Origin: Candidatus Sumerlaeaceae bacterium
Lineage (GTDB): Bacteria > Sumerlaeota > Sumerlaeia > Sumerlaeales > Sumerlaeaceae
DNA: 64,000 nucleotides
Direction of reading: 5' to 3'
Assembly (NCBI GenBank): GCA_051003195.1
Contig: JBPCLP010000047.1
Location: forward strand, 128,001-192,000
Shown: positions 57,211 through 64,000 of the stretch, piece after piece
Numbering within the stretch: position 1 is the first letter of the stretch
Layout of the letters: every line of letters starts with the position of its first letter
The notes under the pieces: generated by a model
Seen by the model: the letters and a program-made list of their open reading frames with translations, nothing else
What the model was told of the DNA's origin: nothing
Databases searched by the model: none
Translations under genes and position numbers: made by a program

Positions 57211-58496
57211 GCGCGCATCCGGATGTCGGAGATGGCCTTCTTGGCCAGCTTGTTCTTTGGATCCAGTTCGAGAACCTTCTGGAACTCGGTAAGCGCGTTC
57301 CGGCGGTCGCCTTTGCGCAACAGCGTGTCGGCAATTTCGAAATGGATTTCCCACTGGTTGGGCAGCATCTTCTGCAGTTCCTTGAAGTGCACCAGCGCCT
57401 GCGTGTAGTGGCCGCCTTCCTTCAGCTTTTTACCCACTGCAAGCCGCGCGCGCATCATGCTGTCCTTCAGCATGTGCGCCTTCGGGTCGGCAATCAGCCC
57501 GCGGCGCCACGTATTGAATGCCATTTCGAATTTACCGGCGTTCAGGTACGCCCAGCCCAGTTGGTTCACCACGTCCAGGTTTTTGGGGTGCTGGTTCTGC
57601 AGCTTGATAAATGCCTGCACAGCGTCGTCGTACTTCTTCTCCTCGATCATCGCGCATGCGAGGGAGTATTGCGCTTCGAAGTCCGAAGGGTTGATCTTGA
57701 GCACTTCCTTATAGCTCTCGATCGCCTGCTCTTTTGTTTCTTCAGTCTGCACGCTTTCAAGCGCTTTGGCACCGTGGTGCTTGTGCACCTCCATCAGGCA
57801 ATTGCGCAGGTACTCGTCGCCCGGGTTCTTCTCCAAATCCTCTTTCCAGCGCTTTACCAGTTCTCCCCAGTAGCGCTGCGCCCGCTCACGGTCGCCTGCT
57901 TTTTCCGAAGTCAGCGCGAGATTGTGGATGATATCCGTGCTGCCGGGATCCATCTGCAGCGCGTTCTCCCACAGCTTGATCGCCTCGTCATTCAGGTCAT
58001 GCAGCGCGTAATAATAGCCCAGGTACTGGTAGCTGAAAATGAGATTGCTCTTCGCCCGCTGATGGGTGGAATCGAGCTGGAGCACCGCCACCCAGTCATT
58101 GATCGCCTCCGTCCACAGCTTCTTCTGCGTATGGTAAAAACTCATCCGAAGGTGATTTGCAATCAGCGCAGGTTTGATCGCTGGATTGGGCGTTCCCGCA
58201 GTCAGGTGCTGCTCGAGGCCCTTGATGCGCGCCTGGAGATCTGGGAGCGGCTCCTCTACTTTCTCCTCATCCGACCACGTAAATTCACCCTTCACATAGT
58301 TATATGTGAAGACGTCTTCATGGGCGCGTTTCTTCGGGTCACGAAGTCGCTCATACGCTTTCTGAATGACCATAAAGCGTTCGGTATGCTTTTCCGGGTC
58401 ATATCGCTTCACCTGCTCCACATACGCTAACTTGATTTCGTGGTCGTTAGCGCCTTTGCGGAGGTTCAGAATGGTGTAAGCGTTCTGTTCTGCCAT
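57207..58496 (-). CDS. J-domain-like plus TPR repeat protein
   Basis: NAYTILNL..EIKLAY..KRYDPEK..FMVIQKAYERLRDPKKR, followed by multiple TPRs. Confidence 0.85.
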   Translation of the reverse strand: MAEQNAYTILNLRKGANDHEIKLAYVEQVKRYDPEKHTERFMVIQKAYERLRDPKKRAHEDVFTYNYVKGEFTWSDEEKVEEPLPDLQARIKGLEQHLTAGTPNPAIKPALIANHLRMSFYHTQKKLWTEAINDWVAVLQLDSTHQRAKSNLIFSYQYLGYYYALHDLNDEAIKLWENALQMDPGSTDIIHNLALTSEKAGDRERAQRYWGELVKRWKEDLEKNPGDEYLRNCLMEVHKHHGAKALESVQTEETKEQAIESYKEVLKINPSDFEAQYSLACAMIEEKKYDDAVQAFIKLQNQHPKNLDVVNQLGWAYLNAGKFEMAFNTWRRGLIADPKAHMLKDSMMRARLAVGKKLKEGGHYTQALVHFKELQKMLPNQWEIHFEIADTLLRKGDRRNALTEFQKVLELDPKNKLAKKAISDIRMRA

Positions 58497-58737
58497 CCTG
58501 CGAGTTTATCCGTTTCCAGTAGGGGCTGCGGCGAGTTTCGTATCGATGGCGTAGACAGATGACCGCACCCCTGCAAGTGAAATACTGCGAGCACGAAGCG
58601 CCATTGCACTCCGATGTCTCCCAGCGCCATGGGGTGAAACACGACAAATCCTTGCATTGAACTGCGTGACGCCCGGAAGTAGGGTTCCCATGTCAACGGT
58701 ACTGTCGTCGTCTTCAACTCCAGCGGAGCGCATAGCC

Positions 58738-59694
58738 ATGCAGTCGAGCAGTGAAAATCCCTGCGAATTGCCGCCTATTATTTTCTCGGGAAGTGCCAGC
58801 AAACATCTCGGCGCTTCGATTTGCGAGCAACTTTCCCTGCATTGCGGCAACGTCGAGATCCGGCGCTTCAGTGACGGGGAAATCCGCGTCAAAGTGAACG
58901 AAAACGTCCGCGGTGCGAAGTGCTTCGTCGTGCAATCCACCTGCACGCCCGTGCACGATAATCTCATGGAATTGCTGCTGACGATTGATGCGCTGCGACG
59001 TGCGTCCGCCGGTCAGGTCAATGCCATCATTCCTTATTTTGGCTATGCGCGGCAGGACCGCAAGGATGAGGGGCGTGTATCTTTGTCCGCCAAGCTCGTG
59101 GCAAACATGATTACCGCGGCCGGGGCCGACCGTGTCATCACTCTCGACCTCCATGCAGCTCAAATCCAGGGATTCTTCGATATACCGGTCGATCATCTCT
59201 ACGCTGCCCCACTGCTCACCAATTATATTAAGGACAAGGGCATTACCGACTTCGTTGTCGTATCGCCAGACGTCGGTAACGTGAAACGCGCACGCGCGTA
59301 TGCCAACCGGTTAAAGTCTTCCCTGGCGATTATCGACAAGCGACGTCCCGAACCCAACGTTTCTGAAGTCATGAACATCATCGGCGAAGTAGCCGGGCGC
59401 AATGTGTTCATCTTCGACGACATGATCGATACAGCAGGTACACTTTGCGGCGCTGCGGAAGCACTCAAGCAACGCGGAGTGAAGGACATATACGCGTGCT
59501 GCACGCATCCGGTTTTCAGCGGGCCTGCAAAGCAGCGGCTCGCCGACTCATGCATTAAAGAGCTGATCGTCACCGATACTATCCCGCACGATCCTGCAAC
59601 GCTCTCTAAGATGACCATTGTTTCAGTCGCCCCGCTACTCGCTGAAACCATTCAGCGCATCTACAGCAATCGCAGCGTCAGCGAACTGTTCTGA
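58738..59694 (+). CDS. prs: Ribose-phosphate pyrophosphokinase
   Basis: FSDGEI, PYFGYARQDRK, DLHAAQIQGFF, VSPDVG, DDMIDTAGT; GGAG precedes ATG 58738. Confidence 0.96.
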   Translation: MQSSSENPCELPPIIFSGSASKHLGASICEQLSLHCGNVEIRRFSDGEIRVKVNENVRGAKCFVVQSTCTPVHDNLMELLLTIDALRRASAGQVNAIIPYFGYARQDRKDEGRVSLSAKLVANMITAAGADRVITLDLHAAQIQGFFDIPVDHLYAAPLLTNYIKDKGITDFVVVSPDVGNVKRARAYANRLKSSLAIIDKRRPEPNVSEVMNIIGEVAGRNVFIFDDMIDTAGTLCGAAEALKQRGVKDIYACCTHPVFSGPAKQRLADSCIKELIVTDTIPHDPATLSKMTIVSVAPLLAETIQRIYSNRSVSELF

Positions 59695-60614
59695 TGTCGC
59701 GGCGCGTTACCGTACACGTGCCTGCCACCACCGCGAATCTGGGGCCGGGCTTTGACTGCCTCGGGATGGCCGTGCAAATGTACAACACCATCGACATGGA
59801 GGACAATGGCAACTCGGCTCTCTCCATTAGCCTCGCGGGATCATGCGCTTCCGACACCATCCCGGTGGATGAACACAACCTTGTCTATCGCGCGGCCGCG
59901 AAGGTATTTGAAGTGGTCGGCCGTCGGCCTGACAAACTCACCATTCGCCTCACGCTCGAATCGCCGCTGGCGCGCGGACTGGGAAGCAGCGCTTCTGCCA
60001 TTACCGGGGGAATAGTCGCTGCAAATGCGATGCTCGGAAACACTCTTAGCCAGCCCAGGCTGCTCAGTCTGATGCTCGGCATGGAAGGACACCCCGATAA
60101 TATTGTTCCCTGCCTGGTCGGTGGTCTCACGGCATCACTTGCCATCGACGGCAGGGTGACATACATTCGCCGCACGCCGGCTCCCAACGTGGTTTGCGTG
60201 CTGTTGGTGCCTGGTTACGAGCTTTCCACTGCGAAAGCGCGCCAGGCCATTCCAAAATCCGTTCCTCTCAAAGACGCCGTTTTTAACCTGTCGCGAATTC
60301 CATTCGTGCTCGAGCGGCTGGAGTCCGGTAATCTGGAGGGTCTTGCCGAGTTGATGGACGACATGCTGCATCAACCCTATCGAAAACCCCTCATCAGGGC
60401 ATACGAAGAAGTATCCGTGCAGGCGATGCAACACGGCGCGGCAGCAGTCTGCATCAGCGGCGCCGGGCCGACCATCCTCGCAATTGCAGACTCAGGAAAG
60501 TCCGCGGACGTCGCCGCCGCTATGGCCGGCGCTCTGGATGCTATAGGCGTGGAAGGTCACGCGCATGTTCTAAAACCGGACGTGCAGGGCACTCGAGTTA
60601 CAATCCACGAGTAG
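59694..60614 (+). CDS. thrB: Homoserine kinase
   Basis: VPATTANLGPGFD, PLARGLGSSA, EGHPDN, HQPYR, ISGAGPT. Confidence 0.95.
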   Translation: MSRRVTVHVPATTANLGPGFDCLGMAVQMYNTIDMEDNGNSALSISLAGSCASDTIPVDEHNLVYRAAAKVFEVVGRRPDKLTIRLTLESPLARGLGSSASAITGGIVAANAMLGNTLSQPRLLSLMLGMEGHPDNIVPCLVGGLTASLAIDGRVTYIRRTPAPNVVCVLLVPGYELSTAKARQAIPKSVPLKDAVFNLSRIPFVLERLESGNLEGLAELMDDMLHQPYRKPLIRAYEEVSVQAMQHGAAAVCISGAGPTILAIADSGKSADVAAAMAGALDAIGVEGHAHVLKPDVQGTRVTIHE

Positions 60615-60637
60615 GTCAGGTTCCGGTTCTTCGCGCA

Positions 60638-60669
60638 GATTCGGCAAACCGAACTGATTACAAATAACG
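60638..60669. repeat. Partial third copy of the ~90-bp element (right arm and tail)
   Basis: GATTCGGCAAACCGAACTGATTACAAATAACG resembles 49381-49413. Confidence 0.6.
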
Positions 60670-60699
60670 CTAATATGCTGTCTCAGAATTTCGCAGCAT

Positions 60700-60905
60700 A
60701 ATTCCAGGTTTCCGGCTTTTTGGAATCCGCAGCCCACAGGTTTTTTGCACCGAAGGTGCAGCGGAACACAGCCCAGGGAAAGGAGGCCACGGCTTTTTGT
60801 GGTCGACGCAGCCCTGGGTATATCGATCCAATTACATCGCGCCCTGAAAGCGGCGCCGGAAAGCGCGCAAATTTCATTACCAATCTCTGGGACACCGCAC
60901 TAGGA
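60700..60905. repeat. Inverted, diverged single-unit copy of the 54.5-kb REP-like element
   Basis: Reverse complement contains TCCCAGAGATT, GGCGCC..TTCAGGGCGCGA, CCCAGGG..CCCTGGGCTGTGT, CCGCTGCACCTTCGGTGCAAAAAACCTG and GGATTCCAAAAAAGCCGGAAACCTGGAATTA. Confidence 0.85.
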
Positions 60906-60987
60906 TCACGCCAGCGTCGCAATTCCTGTGGAAGTTCTGTCATAGCCGAACTTGGTTTCCACCGCTTCAGAAATCCGGAGGTTTCCA

Positions 60988-62964
60988 GTGAGCAATAGGA
61001 TTCGATCTTTCAACCTTGTGATATTACTCTTTCTTAGTTCATCGGCGGTCGCCGGCTTGGGCACAATCACGCTTCGCTCACCCGGTGAGAAGCTCCAGTT
61101 GCAGTTTGCATTGGACGCTGACGGGCGGCCGACCTGGGCCGTTACGTTTGAAGGAACGGAAATCCTCGCTCCATCACGACTTGGACTAACTCTCCTCAAT
61201 GCACGTCCGCTGGAAAAGGGCTTTCAGATTGCAGATACAAAGTTCGCAAAACGCGACGCGACCTACACACTTCCTGTAGGCAAGACACGTCGAGCGCGCG
61301 ACCATTATCGCGAACTCGCAGTCTCTTTGCAGGAATCTACCGGCTCACAGCGTAAGCTTCAGCTCGTGTTCCGTGCCTACGATGACGCCATCGCATTCCG
61401 GTATGTGCTGCCCGCCCAGCCCAACGTTAAAGACTTTAAAATTGCTGCGGAGAACACGGAGTTTCATTTCCCTGGGGACGCGGCCTGTTGGGCATTGCGG
61501 CTGAAGAGTTTCACGACCGCATACGAGTCGGAATATGAGCACACATCAGTGTCGCTCGTACAGCCAGGTGCATTTGTCGGGTTACCGTTTACAGTGCAGC
61601 AGCCGGGCGGTCCCACCGTGCTGCTGGCCGAGGCGCGGCTGAAGGACTGGGCTGGAATGTACCTGCACGGGACAACCACCGGTTCAACCACACTCGTTTC
61701 GCGCCTTTCACCTTCGCCTTCACAGCCATCTGTTTGCGTCCAGGCGACTGCGCCGCACTCCTCGCCATGGCGTGTCGTGCTCGTTGCCAGCCAGCCGGGA
61801 AAACTGATCGAATCGACCACTATCCTCAACCTCAACGATCCGTGCGCCATTGCCGATACCTCCTGGATCCGCCCCGGTAAAACCGCCTGGGATTGGTGGT
61901 CCGGCCCCGCTGCGCCCGGCGAAAAGTTTACCCCGGGTACCAACAATGACACGATCAAACACTACATCGACTTCGCTTCCGAGATGGGGCTCGAATACAT
62001 GCTCGTCGACGAGGGATGGTACGCCGACAAGAACTCGCGCAAGAAGAAGCAGTTCGATTTCGATCTGACCAAAACTGTTCCCGACATCGACCTTCCGATG
62101 CTCATCGAGTATGGCAGGATGCGCAACGTAGGCCTGATCCTCTGGATGCACTGGATCACGACATCCCGACAGATGGACACCGTATTCCCATACTTGGCCA
62201 AACTCGGAATTAAAGGCGTTAAAGTAGATTTCATGGACCGTGACGACCAGGAGATGATCGACTTTTACCATCGCATCCTCTCCACCGCCGCGAAAAATCG
62301 GCTTCTCATCAACCTGCACGGCGCTTACAAGCCCACCGGTCTCACGCGCACGTACCCGAACTACATTACACAGGAAGGCGTCATGGGCGCCGAATACAAC
62401 AAGTGGAGCAAACGTGTCACTGCCACGCATAACCTCACCCTGCCGTTCACCCGGATGGTCCCCGGCCCGATGGATTACACTCCCGGCGGATTTAACAACG
62501 TCACTCCTCAGCAGTTCGAAAAGAAGTCCACCGAGCCAATGGTGATGTCCACCCGCGCGCACCAGCTGGCGATGTTCGTAGTTTACGAAAGCCCATTGCA
62601 GATGGTATCAGATTTTCCAGGAGCGTACCGCGGCCAGCCCGGAGTAGAATTCCTGAAAGTTGTTCCGGCCAACTGGGACGAGACACGCGTGTTAGCGGGC
62701 GAGATCGGGCAATACATTGTTGTCGCGCGCCGGGCCGGCAAGCGCTGGTTTATCGGCGCGATGACGAACGAATCCAGCCGCAAGCTCTCTGTGCCCCTCG
62801 ACTTCCTCGGCCGTAAATCCTGGCAGATTTCACAGTACATGGATGGCGCGGACGCTGCCAGCAAACCTGTTTCAATCATCTCCAGTATGAAAAAAGTGAG
62901 AGCTGGCCAGGCACTCGAACTCGACATGGCACCTTCTGGCGGATTCGCCGCAATACTCGAATAA
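60988..62964 (+). CDS. Glycoside hydrolase family 97 (retaining, alpha-galactosidase-like subgroup)
   Basis: GGAGG precedes GTG 60988; signal peptide; SWIRPGK, DEGW, GVKVDFMDRDDQ (Asp-nucleophile type), GPMDYTPG, VPANWDET. Confidence 0.9.
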   Translation: MSNRIRSFNLVILLFLSSSAVAGLGTITLRSPGEKLQLQFALDADGRPTWAVTFEGTEILAPSRLGLTLLNARPLEKGFQIADTKFAKRDATYTLPVGKTRRARDHYRELAVSLQESTGSQRKLQLVFRAYDDAIAFRYVLPAQPNVKDFKIAAENTEFHFPGDAACWALRLKSFTTAYESEYEHTSVSLVQPGAFVGLPFTVQQPGGPTVLLAEARLKDWAGMYLHGTTTGSTTLVSRLSPSPSQPSVCVQATAPHSSPWRVVLVASQPGKLIESTTILNLNDPCAIADTSWIRPGKTAWDWWSGPAAPGEKFTPGTNNDTIKHYIDFASEMGLEYMLVDEGWYADKNSRKKKQFDFDLTKTVPDIDLPMLIEYGRMRNVGLILWMHWITTSRQMDTVFPYLAKLGIKGVKVDFMDRDDQEMIDFYHRILSTAAKNRLLINLHGAYKPTGLTRTYPNYITQEGVMGAEYNKWSKRVTATHNLTLPFTRMVPGPMDYTPGGFNNVTPQQFEKKSTEPMVMSTRAHQLAMFVVYESPLQMVSDFPGAYRGQPGVEFLKVVPANWDETRVLAGEIGQYIVVARRAGKRWFIGAMTNESSRKLSVPLDFLGRKSWQISQYMDGADAASKPVSIISSMKKVRAGQALELDMAPSGGFAAILE

Positions 62965-63020
62965 CGCCGTATTCTCAGCTTTCCGAAGACACCTGCTAAC
63001 TGCTGACCGACCGAAAAGAA

Positions 63021-63054
63021 AACGGGATTGAGGCGTTGCAGCCTCAACCCCGTT
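63021..63054. terminator. Probable bidirectional intrinsic terminator between convergent genes
   Basis: AACGGGATTGAGGC-GTTGCA-GCCTCAACCCCGTT stem, with an A-rich left flank and a T-rich right flank. Confidence 0.7.
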
Positions 63055-63080
63055 CATGTTTTGGTTCAGAAGTGTTTAAG

Positions 63081-63998
63081 CTAAGGTAAAATCCCGGTCC
63101 AAAGCGAGTTGTTCGTCTCGTCCAGTTCATTCAGGAAATCGCCTGAGTCTCCCACGACCAGGATTCTTCCGCCGCTCCACGAAACGCCAAATGGCGGCTT
63201 CACGTTGATCTTCTTCAACTTCGCCACACCCGGCAATAATTTCGAGACCTTGGTTCTCTTTAGCAGGTGAAAGTTGGACAGGGAATCCAGGAACCATACT
63301 TCCATATAGGACGGGATCGCCAGCACGTTGCCAACGTTTTGTGCATTGACCTGGCCGAAGTATTTGCCTTTAGTGGAAAGCGTCAGGGGAATGGAAAACG
63401 ACAGGGTGAGGTCCGGTCCACTCAGGGAGTCTTCGCCCGCGCGTTCCATAGGGACGTCACTCAAACTCAAGTCGTTTGCATTTGAGCGAGTGTAGTCGGG
63501 AAACACCAGCCCATCACGATAGATTTCAATCTTCCAGTCATAGGTATTGTGAATTCCGGACGTAATCGTGACGAAGTATGCATCAGCAGAACTTGTGTCC
63601 GTGATTGTGTGAACAGCAGTCGTTGCCGCCAGCGTCCAGGAACTGCTCGAAGATGGTTTCCAGTAAATTTTTTCAAACACGTCCAGTTCGCCCGAGCCGC
63701 CAGCTACATCGGGGTCCCACACAAGGTTGCCGGAACTGAAAAATCCATCACTGTCCGTGTCTACTGTTGACGAAAAACTCGCATTGAAAATAGTCGCCGT
63801 CAGTGCGGTTGGCGTTATCTTTGTACTCGCCTTCGAAGCATTGTCGGCCTGCTCAGCAGAAATAACGTGCGCCTCACTGACGGTTGGACCTGCGGAAAGC
63901 TCAGGTGATGCAAAGGCGCCAGAACCTGTAAAGAGCAGGCCCGCCGAAAATGCGAGTGCCCAGTTTTTGCGGCACTCTGACGTGTCGCAAAGTAAGTC
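63081..63998 (-). CDS. Secreted protein (5'-partial) with a choice-of-anchor-H-like domain and C-terminal CARDB-like domain
   Basis: The frame is open to the window edge. Signal-like WALAFSAGLLFTGSGAFA; DTDSDGFF..WDPDV..YDWKIEIY; PDL..NVG..NELDETNN. Confidence 0.6.
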   Translation of the reverse strand, partial: DLLCDTSECRKNWALAFSAGLLFTGSGAFASPELSAGPTVSEAHVISAEQADNASKASTKITPTALTATIFNASFSSTVDTDSDGFFSSGNLVWDPDVAGGSGELDVFEKIYWKPSSSSSWTLAATTAVHTITDTSSADAYFVTITSGIHNTYDWKIEIYRDGLVFPDYTRSNANDLSLSDVPMERAGEDSLSGPDLTLSFSIPLTLSTKGKYFGQVNAQNVGNVLAIPSYMEVWFLDSLSNFHLLKRTKVSKLLPGVAKLKKINVKPPFGVSWSGGRILVVGDSGDFLNELDETNNSLWTGILP

Positions 63999-64000
63999 CT

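Overview
A gene-dense, GC-rich bacterial chromosome segment. Most of it is housekeeping: partial pdxJ, purine nucleoside phosphorylase, modB, agmatine deiminase, an ECF sigma/anti-sigma pair, a carbohydrate ABC cluster, two CAT-anticodon tRNAs, ftsB-like, ftsW, uvrC, murC, thpR, PBP1A, trmD, hisH/trpC/trpD/nadE/gatC, leuS, prs, thrB and a GH97 glycosidase. A heptose adenylyltransferase suggests a diderm with LPS. Short C-terminal 'T-A-x-x-x-[DE]-W' tails on two proteins recall, from memory and unverified, Candidatus Sumerlaeota (BRC1). The most unusual part is the accessory block at about 48.0-58.5 kb after leuS. It holds four tandem, similar-length (283-329 aa), very acidic all-helical proteins, with 11-residue periodicity visible in at least one. 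They are flanked by a low-GC HExxH gene, a low-GC membrane protein gene and REP-like repeats, and lie downstream of an atypical J-TPR/GrpE/Hsp70 triad whose J-domain has DPE instead of HPD. Other oddities: a 1695-aa C25 peptidase/CARDB protein, a stand-alone PcrA/UvrD-type Tudor domain, an RpiB with Asp at the catalytic Cys position, a 44-bp duplication that rewrote the ftsW C-terminus, and two dispersed palindromic repeat families. All family calls come from motif recognition by eye; no searches were run.
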